DNA of 64,000 nucleotides from the human T2T-CHM13v2.0 reference genome, Homo sapiens. Shown here in pieces: positions 14,502-33,130 of the stretch. Position 1 is the stretch's first letter; each line of letters opens with the position of its first letter. The position numbers and the translations under genes are program-made. The stretch lies in assembly GCF_009914755.1 (NCBI RefSeq), contig NC_060927.1; one strand, 5' to 3'. A model generated the notes under the pieces. That model made no database searches. It saw only the letters and a list, made by a program, of their open reading frames with translations, and had not been told where the DNA came from.

Positions 14502-17500
14502 TTTTTACATTTTTATGTTCATGTGTGTGTATGTATGAATGAATTATTTAGGGGGTACATGTGAAGGTTTGTTGCAAGGGTATACTGAATGATGCTGAGG
14601 TTTGGATTTCTATTGATTTCATCACCCAAATAAGGAACACAGTACCCAGTGGGAAGTTTTTCAGTCCTTTTTCTCCTCTCGTCCTCCCCACTTTTTGATT
14701 CCTTGGTGACTAGTGGTCTCACCTTTATGTCCATGTGTATCCAATGTTTAGCTCTCACTTATAAGTGAGAACATGTGATATTTGGTTTTTTATTTCTGTA
14801 TTGATTCACTTAGGATAATAGCCTTCAGCTCCATCCATGTTCCTGCAAGGGAAATGATTTTGTTCTTTTTTATGGCTGCATAGTATTCCATGGCATATAT
14901 GTTACGTACCGCAGTTTTTAATCCAATCCACCACCAATGGGCATCAGAAGTGATTTAAGTCTTTGCTACTGTGAAAAACATATGAGTACATGTGTCTTTT
15001 TGATAGCATGATTTATTTTTCTTTGGGTAGATATCCAGTAATGGGATTGCTGGGTTGAATGGTAATTCTATCTTTAGTTCTTTGAGAAATCTCCAAACTA
15101 CTTTCCACAGTGTCTGAACTAATCATGCCAACAGTGTATAAGTGTTCCCTTTTCTCTGCAATCTTGCCAACATCTGTTATTTTTTGACCTTTTAATAACA
15201 GCCATTCTGACTGGCATGAGAAGGTATCACATAGTGGTTTTGATTAGTGTCTCTCTGCCAACTGGTGATGTAAAGCTTTTTTTTCCCCTGTACTTATTGG
15301 CTGCTTGTATGCCTTCTTTTAAGAAGTGTCTGTTCATGTTCTTTGACCACTTTTTAATGTTTTTTTCCTTGATTTAAGTTTCTTATAGATTATGGATATT
15401 AGTCCATTGTTGAATGCATAGTTTACAAATACTTTCTCCAATTCTGTAAGTTGTCTGTTTACTCCATTGGTGGTTTCTTTTGCTGTGCAAAAGTTCTTTA
15501 GTTTAATTAGTTCTTAACTGTCAATTTTTGTTTTTGTTTGCTTTTGAGGACTTAGTCATAAATTCATTGCCTAGGCTGATGTCCAGGAGAGTATTTCCTA
15601 GGTTTTCTTGCAGGATTTTTATAGTTGGAGGTTTTAACATTTAAGTTTTTAACTCATCTTGAGTTAATTTTTGTATGTGGTGAGAGGTAGAGGTCTAGTT
15701 TTATGCTCCTGCGTATGGTTAGGTAATTTTCTCAGCACCATTCATTGAATAGGAAGTCCTTTCCCTATTGTTTATTTTTATCAACATTGTCAAAGATTAG
15801 TTGATTGTAGGTGTGTGGCTTTTCTTCTGAGTTTTCTATATTGTTTTATTGGCTTATGTGCATTTTTTTCTTAACAGTACCATGTTGTTTTGGTTACTGT
15901 AGCCTTATAGTATAGTTTGAAGTCAGGTGATGTGATTCATCTGGCTTTGTTCTTTTTACTTCAGATTTCTTTGTCTGTTGTGGCTCTTTTTAGTTCTATA
16001 AAAATTTTAGAATTCTTTTTTCTAATTCTATGAAAAATGATGTTGGTAATTTGATAGGAATAGCATTGAATACGTACATTGCTTTGAGCAGCATGAACAT
16101 TTTAACAATATCCATTCTTCCAATCCATAAAAGAGGGACATTTTTTCATTTCTTTTGTTTTCTATGATTTATTTCAGCAATTTTTTATAGTTCTCTTTCT
16201 AGAGATCTTTCACCCCCTTGGTTATAAGTATTTGTAGGTATTTTATTCTTTTGTGGCTATTGTAAATGGGATTATATTCTTCATTTTGCTTTCAGCTTGA
16301 ATGTTATTGGTGTATAGAAATGCTACTGATTTTTTTTACATTGATTTTGTATCCTAAAACTTTACTGAAGTTGTTTGTTGGATCTAGGAGTCTTTTCATG
16401 GAGTCTTTACAGTTTCCAATGTATAGAATAATATCATTGGTGAAGAGAAATGATTTGCTTTCCTCTTTTCCTGTTTGGATGCCTTTTATTTCTTTGTATT
16501 GCCTGATGGCTCTGGATAGGACTTCCAGTATTAACATTGAATGGGAGTGAGAGAGTAGACATCCTTGTCTTGTTCCAGTTCTTAGGGGGAATACTTCTAT
16601 CTATCTGTTGCTGTTGTAGTATGATATTGGCTATGGGTTTGTCATAAATGACTCATTATTTTGAGGAGTGTTCCTTTGATGCCTAGTTTTTTAGAGCTTT
16701 TATCATGAAAAGATGTTGAATGCTATCAAATTTGTTTTCTGTGTCTATTGAGATGATTGCATGGGTTTTTTAAAATTCTGTTTATGTGTTAAATCACATT
16801 TATTGACTTGTGTATGTTGAAGTAAACTTGCATGTCAGAAATAAAGCCCACTTTATTGTGTTGAATTAACTTTCTGATGTGCTTCTGGTTTCATTTTGCT
16901 GGTATTTTGTTGAGAATTGCTGCATCTATGTTAATCAGGGGTACTGACACATTGTTTTATTTTTTTGTTGCATCTTTGCCTGATTTTAGTATAAGCATAA
17001 TACTGGTTTCACAGAATAAGAGAGAAATCCCTCCTCCTTAATTTTGTGGTATAGTTTCCGTGGGATTGGTACCAGCTCTTCTTTGTACATCTGGTGGGAT
17101 TCAGCTGTTAATCCACGTAGTCCAGGGCGTTGTTTTGGTTGGTAGATATTTTTATTACTAATTCAATTATAGAACTCATTATTGGTCTGTTGAGGGTTTC
17201 AGTTTCTTCCTGATTAAATCTTGGAAGGTTGTGTATTTCCAGGAATTTATTAATTTTCTCTAGATTTTCTTGTTTGTGTTTATAAAGGTGTTCATAATAG
17301 TCTCTGAGAATCTTTTGTATTTCTGTGGAATTGGTTGTAATGTCACTTTCACTGTTTCTGATTTTGCTCATTTGAGTCTTCCTTTTACTTTGTTAATTCA
17401 ACTAATGGTCTATTGATATTGCTTACACTTTCAAAGAACCAAATTTTCCTTCATTGATCCTATGTATGATTTTTGGGGTCTCAGTTTTATTTAATTCTGC

Positions 17501-18087
17501 TCTGCTTTTAGTTATTTTTTTTCTTCTGCTAGCTTTGTGTTTAGTTTGTTCTTGTTTTTATAGTTCCTTTAGATGCAAGGCTAAATTGTCAATTTGAGAT
17601 CTTTCTTTTTGATGTAGGCATTTAGCACTATAAACTTTCCTCTTAACACTGCTTTTGCTACATATCAGACATTTTGATATGTTGTGTCTGCATTTTCATT
17701 TTTTGTAAAGATTTTTTTTTATTTCTGCCCTAATTTTGTTGTTTACTCAAAATTTATTCAGGAAAAATTGTTTAGTTTCCATGTAATTGTGTGGTTTTGA
17801 GAGTGCCTTTTGGTATTGATTTCTATTTTTATTCCACTGTGATCTGAGAATATGCTTGGTATGATTTAGTTTTTTTAAATTTATTGAGACTTGCTTAATG
17901 ACATTGCACATGGTCAATCTTAGAGTATGTTCATGTGCAAGTGGGAAGAATGCATATTCTGTAATTGTTGAGTAGTATGTTGTGTAGATATCTATTAGGT
18001 CTAATTAGTCAAGTGTCAAACTTAAGAACTTTTTTGTTAGTTTTCTGCCTTGATCTGTCTAATATTGTCAATGGGGTGTTGAAGTCT
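14502..18087 (-). mobile_element. 5'-truncated older primate L1 (L1PA13-16-like), 3.6 kb, ORF2 disrupted
   Basis: 3' end GGGGTACATGTGAAGGTTTGTT..GATGCTGAGGTTTGG; ORF2 peptides [18 protein letters not shown] and DITTNSTEIQKILRDYYE; truncated within the endonuclease domain. Confidence 0.93.
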
Positions 18088-18882
18088 GGAAACTGAATAT
18101 TTTTGCAAGAATCTTTCAAAAATATTTTGTGGTAAAGTTCGAGAGCCTTTTATTATGAGCGTCTTATTGTCTAGAATAGTGCCAAGCTCCTATTAGTCAT
18201 CAAATAATTATTGCAGTGAATTAATACATCTCCAGTATGTAGCCTAATTACTGACACATGATAGGTTTCAGTTAAGGTTTGTTGAAGGAATCTTTGTGAT
18301 AGCTTCTGGTTCTTAAGAGGCACTTTGGAATGAAAGAATCCATCTATTCACCTAGCAAGCCAGCTGTCTATTCGCACATCCATTCAAGTTTTGGGATTTG
18401 GCATAGCAAGGAGACACTGCAAGGGAAGTCTGTTATATGGACAGAAATTCCTTATTTGTTTAGGAGAGAGTCTTAAGAGTAGAACTATTGGGTCAAGATC
18501 ATTAACATTATAGACTCTTAATGGACACTTATTGTCAAATGTTCTTGCTCCATGGCTTTTTCATAGGCTCTCCTTTGTTCTCATAACTTGGTTCCTAGCC
18601 CGTTGCCTGTATGATTCCCTGAATGCATGAACACCTTTGCATTTTGCTCAAGGTTCATCAACCTGCCTTAAGATATTGTTTTTATTGTTTCTACTCTCCA
18701 TCCTCAATGTCTAATCAAACCCTTGATCCTGGTACCCCTACCAGCCCTGTTCTAAGAATGACCACTCCTGGCATGACTGAAAAATTATGGCCATTCTCAA
18801 AAGACTCAACCTGGGGAACAAATAAGCTGTTGTTGTTGTTGTTGTTGTTTTAAATCAGGAGACCACTGGCTGTTAGGACCTT

Positions 18883-21740
<2,858 letters not shown>

Positions 21741-22484
21741 AGGGGATGGAGGAATATTTACCAAGCAAAGGGAAAGCAAAAAAAAAAAAAAAAAAAAGCA
21801 GGGGTTGCCATCCTAGTCTCTGATAAAACAGACTTTAAACCAACAAAGATAAAAAAAAAAAAAAAGACAAAGAATGGCATTACTTACATAATGGTAAAGG
21901 GATCAATGCAACAAGAAGAGCTGACTATCCTAAATACATATGCCCCCAGTACAGGAGCACCCAGATTCATAAAGCACGTTCTTAGAGACCAACAAAGAGA
22001 CTTAGACTCCCACACAATAATGGAGAATTTAACACCCCACTGTCAATATTAGACAGATCAACAAGACAGAAAATTAACAAGGATATTCCAGACTTGAATT
22101 CAGCTCTGGACCAAGCAGACCGAATAGACATCTACAGAACTCTCCACCCCACATCAAAAGAATATACATTCTTCTCAGCACCACTTTGCATTTATTCTAA
22201 AGCTGACCACATAATTAGAAGTGAAACATTCCTCAGCAAATGCAAAAGAACAGAAATCATCACAAACATTCTCTCAGACCACAGTGCAATCAAATTAGAA
22301 CTCACGATTAAGAAACTCACTCAAAACCACACAAATACATGGAAAATGAACAACCTGCTCCTGAATGACTACTGGGTAAATAATGAAATTAAGGCAGAAA
22401 TAAATAAGTTCTTTGAAACTAATGAAAACAAAGACCACAATGTACCAGAATCTCTGGGACACAACTAAACCAGTGTTTAGAGGA
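21741..22484 (+). mobile_element. Inverted 5' segment (ORF2 endonuclease region) of the same L1
   Basis: Peptide [20 protein letters not shown]...[10 protein letters not shown]; ends at GTGTTTAGAGGA, adjacent in L1 to TTATAGCAC where the minus segment starts. Confidence 0.93.
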
Positions 22485-22987
22485 TGTTAGGTGCTTAAGG
22501 GCAGCTATGATGGCTAATTCATCTTTATGCCTGTGGCCCCAAGGAGCAAGCCAGGCTCTCCAATAAGCTGTGTAGCTTCACAAAAGGGCTCTGGCAATCC
22601 AGAGAAAACCCCAATCCTGAAGGAAAAGCAAACTTTCCTGATATTTACTGAATGTCTGTTTAGTGATTGACTGTCATCTTCCTTGTTGAAATCAATAGGA
22701 GACTCAATGAAGTGAAAATGAAATCAATATTTAATTCCCACTGGTAAGAGATAATGCCATGGCCTATGTTCAACTGCCAACTTTCCCTAATTCAAAAGGG
22801 TAATAGGAGCTGTGCCATCTCAGCCTCATAGCCAAGACTCATATCAGTAATTTTTTCCTTACTGATTTACTACGTTCCTACCACATGGTAGATGTTATGT
22901 TGTACATTTTTACCATGCTCATACAGCAAACCAACCAGTGATTTATCAGTTGAGTATTTAAAATGTGGCATAGAAAGGGCTGAATAC

Positions 22988-23286
22988 TTTTTTTTTTTTT
23001 TTTTTGAGATGGAATCTCACTCTTTTACCAAGGCTGGAGTGCAGTAGCACAATCTTGGCTCACTACAACCTCTGCCTCCTGGATCAAGTGATTCTCCTGC
23101 CTCAGCCCCCTGAGTAGCTGGGACCACAGGCACACACCACCACGCCTGGCTAATTTTTGTATTTTTAGTACAGACAGGGTTTCAACATATTGGCCAGGCT
23201 GGTCTTGAACTCCTGATCTCAACTAATCTGCCTTCTTCAGCCTCCCAAAGTGCTGTGATTACAGGCGTGAGCCATGGCGCCCAGCT
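22988..23286 (-). mobile_element. AluS (Sx/Sz-like)
   Basis: TSD GAAAGGGCTGAATACTTT (22973) / GAAAGTGCTGAATACTTT (23287). Confidence 0.95.
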
Positions 23287-25415
23287 GAAAGTGCTGAATA
23301 CTTTAAATATACAACCTCATTGAAGCCTTACAACCACATTTTGAGATACGTACTATTGCCTAATTCTACACATGAGAAAACTGTGGCATGGAGAAGTGAA
23401 GAAACTTGCCCTCTTAGAATACTGTAGGATCAGGATTTGAACGCATGTCTGGGTAATTCCATATCTTGTGTTTTTAACCACTATGCTTTACTACCTCATT
23501 TCTTAGATGAGGAAACTAAGACTCAGAAATAACATTTCCAAGGCCCCACCCAGAATCCAAGTGTCTCATTTCACCTTATAAAGTCCCTTTAAAGTGTGAG
23601 TTAAATTTCAGTCGTTGTGGTTATTCCATTTATTCAGGAGCTATAATAAACAGGGCCCTTAATTCTATGTGGAATATATAGTTGAAGACCCACTCCTTAT
23701 CTTTACAGAGTATATATCTAGTTGTTGGCAATATGACAAGTAAGTAAAAACAGAATGCAATATGTGGAAATCCAGGGGTGTCACAGCTGGTGAATCTATC
23801 GAGAAATCTTTGGCAATAGAAAAACACGGCTATTAAGGAAATGCATTTTCTTATATAATGGGAACATCATAGGGTGTTCTGGGGGGTGGTTGATTCCACA
23901 TTCCAGTGTCATGAGAATGTACATGCGAGCTATTGCCCTCTTTCCACTTTTCCACTCTTGTTTTGCTATGTGTCCTTCAGCTAACTTCTCTTACTGCTAG
24001 AGTATTTGTGGGAGTATCAGGTGTTACATCCAGAAATGACTATGCACTGACGGATCAATTGCCATTTCTTCCTATGTGTCTTTTTAAAGTGGGAAAATAT
24101 TTCCCAAATATTCTCTGCATGTTTAAGGGAGTCTTTTGTTAGAATCTTGTACATACCAATCCCCCAAACAATTAGTGTCTCAGGAAATGAGACAATCATG
24201 ACTGACTTACAGGACCCACCTGACAGGGCTGACGCAACTGGAGGAGGATGGATACCTGAAAAAAAAAAGAAAAAAGAAAAAGAAAAAAATAACAGGGTTT
24301 CATCTGGAACAGATAGGGGAAATAATGAACATTAGGAAGATAACCAAGAGGATTGATTGCTTTAATAAACAAATGTAATATAGTTATAAAGTAGTCCTAG
24401 GAGCCGGCTGAGGTGACCACTACTGGGTGTGGAGAAGGCTTAGAAATCATGGTAGGCCCAAGGGAAGCTCAGAACCATAGACACAGGAGGCACCTCTATT
24501 CACCTGGCTTCCTCCATAATTCAACTGACAGATCTTCCAATTACTGCCTTTGCAGTATTGGGAAGAACACTTAACCTCCATATGCTCTAATTTCCTTCCC
24601 TTCATAGTAAGAGTCTCTGTCAGGCATTGAAGAGCTGGACTCTTTACTCTTCATGCACAGGGAGACCAACAATTAATATTGCTCTAACCATACAATTGTG
24701 CAGAAAACATACCTGGGGAATTTTACTCAATAAAGATACCGTGTAAGTTACCCAAGCTACAGAGTCCAAAGGGGATTTAAATCCAGCCCATGTTTTACTT
24801 GTCAAACCATGCACCTTGGCAGATACTTGTGTCCACCCTGAGGAAAGCATCATCCCACAAGGACATTATCCACCTGCAAGAACAAGTCCAGGGGTCTGCA
24901 TCTGCGTAAGGTGGGAAGTAACTTCAAAACACCTACATGTGGTTTCATAGGAGCCCTGCTCCTCAAGATGTTTCAGGAGAGAAACTGGTGCTCCTCTAAT
25001 AGGGCTTCTTGGGAGACAGCATACAAGAATGGTAGGCATATGTTTGTAAGTCTTTTTAACCCACTCCTAGTACCAAAAGTGTGTGGTGGCTCAGATGATG
25101 GGCTCTGGAATCAGAATGCTGGGACTTGGTTTCTGAAGTCTGCTCCTTTTTAGCTATCTTAATTTGGGTTTCCGAATAAGTTTGAGATCACTTATCAGTT
25201 TGTTAGATAATCCCAGGAAGCATGGTAAGATAATGAACAACAGAAGAAAACCAATAACTATTACCAGTATTGGTAGCTGGGACTTCAGTTCACCAGGATC
25301 TACATGAAGGGCTTTGTAGGAAGCAACTTGGAATTGTCTCAGCAACGAACAAAAACTGGGGTATTTAATCCAATGACTCCTATTTCTCATTACATAAGGA
25401 CTAATTCTGGGGACA

Positions 25416-25930
25416 TGTGGAAGCCAGCCAACAAGATAACCCTCAGAAATATCTGCCTCATAATATTTGGTATTTATGCCCTTGTGTAATCTGTTCCCCT
25501 AATATATCAGGATTGGTCTGTGCAACCAACAGAATATGGCACAGGTGATAGGATGTCATTGCTGAGGCTAGGTTATGACAGACAGCATGACTTCTACATT
25601 GTTTTCTCTCTTGGATCACTAGCTTGGGGGCAGCCAACTGCCATTGAGGAAGCCAAATGCACAGGCTCATTTGGCTCATATTGGCCTCCTGCCCACAGCC
25701 TTGAGTCAGTGATCTTGGAAATGGATCCTTCAGCCCCAATTCAACATTCATGTGACTGTAGCTGTGACCAGCCCTTCAAGGTGCAGTCTCATGAGAGAAT
25801 TTGAGATAGAATCATTTGACTATGTTTCTCCCAGATTTCTCACCCTCATAAATAGTGTGAGATAATAATAAATATTTGTTAAGTTACAACACTTGGGGTA
25901 ATTTTTATGGAATAATAGATAACTCATACA
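25416..25930 (+). mobile_element. MaLR solo LTR (MLT1F-like)
   Basis: TG...GAGGCTAGGTTATGA...CTTGGAAATGGATCCTTCAGCCCC...ATAGATAACTCATACA. Confidence 0.8.
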
Positions 25931-27071
25931 TGGTGTTAACTTTCCAACATTTCTGAAATGTTGCTTCCATGGGCAAGACAAGCTCCTGTGGCCAGAGAAA
26001 ATCATCAGGAAAGGGGCACAGATGCTTGAGGAAAGAAGTTTACAGCACACACCAGAATGGCTCTTCAGAGCTGCAGGTGATGTCTGGAGGAGTGTGTGAG
26101 GACAGAGCACCAGGCCAGCTGTGTAAACTTGAGCATGATTATACACACCTCTAAGCTTGGGTTCTCTCTCCTCTTTTGGCCCACTCTTCTTCTTCACTTC
26201 CTGATTTTAATCTCTTCTTCTTTCCTCCCTTTTATTTATTTATTGATGGATTGACTTTTCAAGGTATCTACCCTCTTAACTAAAACTACGGTTCTCAACT
26301 CTCAGCTCAGGCTAACCCAAAAGGGCTACTTTAGCAAAGGGACAATGAATCTTTGGTTCTATTAAGAAGCTGTTTTAGAATCTTAGTGTGTCTGATTGTG
26401 TGGCTTGAGATAGACAGGGGTGTCTACCATAGCAGATTCAAGGAACTTGATAGAAAATCTTCCGAAAATAAATCTATCCACTAGTCAATCAATAAGGCAA
26501 ATGACTAGGCTTAACTACTATCCCAGTCTCAATGTAAAGGTCCACAGGCACTTATTTTTCATGTTGTGTTTACCAAAACAATTGCTACATTGATTAGACT
26601 TTAGGTCAGTTCCATAAAATACTTAGAATCTGTGCAGGCACTGGGTTAGGAGGGCCTATTCTACAAAGATGGAATGCATAAGCTTACTCTCCTTTGGAAC
26701 TCAGGCTGGCAGGGAAGGTGACCCAGGAACTGAGTGTTTTAGTGTAGATTATTCAACTAGGCATGCAGATGTATATCTTCAGATGAGAAAGTCTATCGCT
26801 TTTGACTAATAGGCCCACTAAATTGTAAGAACTACTGATGTAGGCCAATATGGTCTACAGTCTGAGTCAACATAGCAAAAAATAGAGCTTCAGCTGAGTT
26901 ATGTTTTGTTTCCCCGCTCCCCACCAGAATAGTCTGGGCAAGATGAAAATAGTATTTGGAAGGAATGCTCTCAGCAGCAGTATCCAAAATTTAACTGGTT
27001 TGAGCTTATCATCTACTTGTTTATGCTGATTCCATGATTAACCAGGAGTTTCTGCCTAGGTTGTTACTGCA

Positions 27072-27385
<314 letters not shown>

Positions 27386-28367
27386 GTTACTGTATTTTGA
27401 TACTCATGACTTTGTCTATGGCCTGCTTTAGCTGTTCCTGCTCCTGGGCTACAAACAACCATACCAGGCCAGGGAATCTGCATCAGCAAAACTCTCTCTT
27501 TTCACAAGGATGAAAAACATCAAGGTTTAATGTAATCAGAAGTCTTTTTTGGTGAAAGCTTATAGAGATGTTGGCAGTTTTAAAATATTAGTAAAATTGT
27601 ATTCAAATCAGTAAACATCACTGAGTGCCTGCAAGTTGTCTGAGTATTATAGCAATATGCTGTACCACAGCCACCAAAAAAAAATGATAAAAAGCATGTA
27701 CAACTAAACACAGTTTAATCGGTTTTTGAAGATTCAGAAGGCATATTGGCTGTTTCGCAGGTGCAACCTATCATGGATCTTGTTATTTCTGTTTTTGTTA
27801 AAATCAAGTGAACAGATGCCAGATAAACTTATGTTATTAAGCAGGTTATCAGAATAGGGACTTGGTAGAGAGGATGTGATTTCGTGCTGGACTGCAACTA
27901 GTAAGAGAAAATCCAAATTCTTACTGCACTGTGCATTTATGTTTCTGAGAGGAACTCTCAGCAGCCCCACACCAAAATTAACTGTCCCTTTGCCAAATGA
28001 TGCAAAATTTGGTTCCTCTTCATGGACCTCTAAAATTAACTTTCAGATGATTGATTCTTATAGATGAGATCTGGGATTCTAAATACCCAAAGGTAATAGA
28101 CCATGTCTCTTGAGGTGATTTATCGTACCCAGATCAGAAGAGAACTGTGAGACTACAATAGCTGGGTGGGCTATACCACTCTCCACCAAACCCTCATCCT
28201 AGCATTTATTCCCCAGCCTCTGGCAAGGCTTTATGAGTTTCTTAAAAAATGTCACGAGAACAGCGTGCGTAATTCCATGAAAAAGATGTGCTTTTCACCT
28301 GACGATCAGGAAGTTCTTCTAAACATTTTGCTGAAGTTCTCCGTGCTTTCTTTAAAACCAATCTCTC

Positions 28368-28668
28368 AGCCAGGTGTGGTGGCTCACGCCTGTAATCCCA
28401 GCACTTTGGGAGGCCGAGGTGGGTGGATCATGAGGTCCGGAGTTCAAGACTAGCCTGGCAAAGATGGTGAAACCCCGTCTCTACTAAAAATACAAAAATT
28501 ATCCAGGCATGGTGGCAGGTGCCTGTAATCCCAGCTACTCAGGAAGCTGAGGCAGGGAATTGCTTGAACCTGGGAGGTGGAGGTTGCAGTGAGTTGAGAT
28601 CGCGCCACTGCACTCCAGCCTGGGCGACAGAGCAAGACTCTGTCTCAAAAAAAAAAAAAAAAAAAAAA
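28368..28668 (+). mobile_element. AluS (Sg-like)
   Basis: GATCATGAGGTC two-base deletion type; poly(A); TCTCTCA on both flanks. Confidence 0.95.
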
Positions 28669-29034
28669 GTCTCTCACTCATCACAGACAACCTGGGAAAA
28701 GCAGACCACTGAAATGCAGAAAGAGGAGTTAAAGTCTTTAAACACTAGGGTTCTTTTAACTTCAAGAGTTCATGGGAATTGTAAATGATATTGGCACTGA
28801 ATTGAATTTCAAAGGTGTCTTGTATTACTGAATCATTAAAATATTGTGTGTATGTCTGTGGCACACTAAAGAAATACTCTCTGTATGGACTTTCCTTGAC
28901 TTCATCAGTAATAACAAGGCTAACCAGTAATTTAGAAAGTACTTTTATTTCTATTATATTAAATGTTCCTTTTAATAACTTTGCAAAATAGATTTTATTA
29001 TAATTCCATTATAAAAATAAGATCATGTTTTTAA

Positions 29035-30170
29035 TCAAAAGACAGACTATAACAAGTATTGACAAGAATGTGGAGAAATCATAATTCACATATGTCACTG
29101 TGGGAATGCCACATTGAACGGTTGCTTTAGGAAACAGTTTTATATTTTTTCAAAATGTTAAAAATGGGATAACCAGATGACCCAGCAACTCCATTCTTAG
29201 GTATCTACCCAAGAGAATTGAAAGCATATGTCCACACAAGACTTGGACATAAATGTTCACAGCACCATTATTTATAATAGCCAAAGAGTGGAAATTACCC
29301 AGTTGTTCATCAACTGATGAGTGAAGAAGTAAAATGTAGCATATTCATTCAATGAAATACTTGATGGTAAAAAAGGAATGATCCAATAATGCATGCTTCA
29401 GTAGGAATTATACTTGAAAACATTATGCTAAGTGAAAGTAGCTAGATACCCAAAAAACATATATGAATTCATTCATATAAAATGTCCAAATAGGCAAATC
29501 CATAAAGACAGTAGATTAGTGGTTGGCAGGACTAAGGTGAAATGAGAATGGGAAGTGACTGCTAATGAATATGGGGTTTTCTTTGCAGTGATGAAATGTT
29601 CTAAAATTAGATAGTAGTGATGGTGCATAACTTTGGAAATACTTTAAGCCACTGACTTACATCTTTTAAAATGGCAGATTTGATGTATGTGATTTATATA
29701 TCAATTACAAAAAGATATGTAAAGAAGACAAAATAGACTCCCTGAGAAATTATTTAATTCATCCAGCAAGTGATATCCATTGGCAGAAGAATGGATCATT
29801 ACAAATTTGCAGTATATTCAGACACTGGAATAATACACAGCAGTAAAAAGGAAAGAATGATAGGTATAGGCAAGGGCATAGATGAATCTTTAAAACATAA
29901 TATTCATTAGAAGAAAAAGCAAGTTGAAGAAGTACATATAGATTATTCAATATGTTAATAAAGCTTGGAAACAAATTCACAGATATGTTTGTATGTAAAA
30001 AGTATGTATATTTAAAATAAAACCAAGGGTTGGTGATTACAGTGATATGGGGGCCAGGAAAAGTCAGGAGTTTGGCAATATTCAGGTTCTTAAATTAAGT
30101 GTAAATATGCTAGAGATCAACCTTTATCATGCTTCATTTCATAGTGTACTTTTTTTTGCATGCAGATGTA
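29035..30170 (+). mobile_element. Ancient L1M (L1MB/ME-type) 3' fragments, probably two pieces
   Basis: AATGTGGAGAAAT..TGACCCAGCAACTCCATTCTTAGGTATCTACCCAAGAGAA..GATGAAATGTTCTAAAATTAGATAG. Confidence 0.8.
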
Positions 30171-30178
30171 ATATGGCA

Positions 30179-30256
30179 TTAGGTGAAACCATGTAAAAAT
30201 GCTATTTTTCTTAGTCAAAATAGTCAAATACCAGAAATTACATGTTATTCAAACTT
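30179..30256. mobile_element. MADE2 (mariner-derived MITE, about 80 bp)
   Basis: TTAGGTGAAACCATGTAAAAATGC...AAATTACATGTTATTCAAACT; decayed inverted repeats. Confidence 0.7.
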
Positions 30257-30750
30257 TTTTTTAAGTAAGAAGAATAGAAATTTGGAGCCAAACTTATACT
30301 AAATTCAACTCGGGGCATGATTTTGGGGCCGTATTTTATACCGCGCTTTGTTAGATTTTGGTGGGAGTGAGATTAAAATAGTAGTAATATTTGCAAGAAT
30401 GGCTCATTTTTATTAGATGTGAATTATGTACCAGGCACTAAGTAAATTTTTACAGCAACTCTGTATGATTCACAGTTTACAGAGAAAATCTAAGCTTCAG
30501 TTTTAAGAACTTACCCAAAGTGACTGTGAGTGGGTTAGTGGTAGTTTACATGTGTTTTCCACTGTCTTCTGTAGAAAACTGGCTCCAACATAAAAAACCT
30601 AACTGGCCCTTTCTCTCCATTTGTATTGTGACAACCTTAATCCAATCGACGATCTCAGCTACTACAAATCTCCAGTGTTCCCTTGGCTGCCTTGGCTTGC
30701 CTTCAATCACTTAGAATGAAATCTGCATTTCTTACTGGTGTCTTCAAGGC

Positions 30751-31208
30751 TGCAATAGTTTCCTGGGGCTGTTGTCACACAGTACCACAAATTGGAGGGG
30801 CTTAAAGCATATACATGTATTATTTCACAATTCTCAAGGCTAGAAGTCCCAAATCAAGAGCATTGCCATACTCTATCAGAAACTCAAGGTAGAAATCTTC
30901 CTTGCCTCTTCCTAGCTTTTGGGGTGGCTGAAAATCCTTGGCATTCTCTGGCTCACAGCTGCATCCTGGCACCCTCTGCCTCCAGCATCTTATGGCGTTC
31001 TCCCTGTGTGTCTGTCTCTTTGTCTCTATTTTCTCTTTTTATGAGGACACTAGTCATATTGCATTAGAACCTACCCTAATGAAGTGTGACCTCATTGTAA
31101 CTGCATTACTCCTGCAAATACCCTATTTCCAAATAAAGTCACATTCTGAAGTACTGGGAGTAAGTAATTCAACATGTCTTTTTGCAGGACACAATTCAAC
31201 CCATAACA
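30751..31208 (-). mobile_element. MaLR solo LTR (MLT1C-like)
   Basis: GGCTAGAAGTCCCAAATCAAG...CCCTATTTCCAAATAAAGTCACATTCTGA...ACAATTCAACCCATAACA. Confidence 0.85.
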
Positions 31209-31299
31209 AATACCTCTCAAGACCTTCTCAGCTGTCTATGATCCAGTGCTTTTCTCCCCGCTCCATCATTGTCCTGATCTTCTCTCAGTTTCTGAAGCA

Positions 31300-32064
<765 letters not shown>

Positions 32065-33130
32065 AGCCAGAAGCAATTATGGTGTGTCCTATCTGAAACA
32101 TACATCCCTATTAGGGAGTCAGTTTTACAATAACTGGTTTAGAGCCGAGAGGTTAATAGGAGACAGCACTAAATTTTACCACTTACTGTGTGCCTACTGC
32201 AAGGTACTTGACTCTTCTAAGTCTCGATTACATTGTCTGTCAAACAGGGTTCATCACAGTACCAATTTGGCTCAGTAAATTAGGAGGAGGTGAAGTAGCC
32301 AGGGCACAAGTGGTGGTGGAGATGACAATGAGGGGAATATTTGGCAATGTATCAAAAAGCAAAGATATAAGATGGGCTGGCCAGGAAGTTCCCAAAGGAC
32401 CAATCCTGTCTTATGCAGCTTCTGTGCCTGCTCTGAAAACCTGGAGGACAGCATCATCCTGAGGCCACGTTTTCACTTTCCAGCCACGCATTCAGCTAAT
32501 TGCTTTGGCAGCAATTCTGCCACCAGGCTGCAGGCCTGGAAACCTGCCCCTTTCAGATAATAGTTCACATCCTTGAAGTGAAAAGACGGCAGTCCATGAA
32601 CTGGGAAAGATCCATACTTCTGATTTTATGGAGTAAAACTTAGCAAGAAGTTGTGAAGGAAGATTTTGCCAGAATTTAATAGGAGGAGAGAATTCTATAG
32701 ATAGACCTTTCCAAAGCAATAAATCAACATGAAAACCTGTAGCCATGGTGAGCGCTTGCCTCAAGGGACAGAAAACAAAGTACAAGTCTGGGGATGGTGC
32801 TGCACTTGAGTTACCTTTAAATGAGAGGCACAGTTTCATCCCCGGGCTTATACTGACCCAGTAAAAGCTGAGTCTGAGCGTACTCCCTGGGCAAGAAAAA
32901 TAGATTTTCCTTAATCAGAGCTTTTCACTATTAAAAGGCAGTTGTATAAGTTCCACAATTATGTCAGGAAATCTAGACATAAAGCTCTTGATTGATTTCA
33001 AGCCAGGAGGGACCTAGTTCATTGTTTGGTACCCAGAGAAGACAAATGAGATAGGACCCCAGTACTACTGCTTCTAAGAAAAGAGAGCATGCTCACGCTT
33101 AGGCGTAAATCATGTGGAAAGAGCCCTGGG

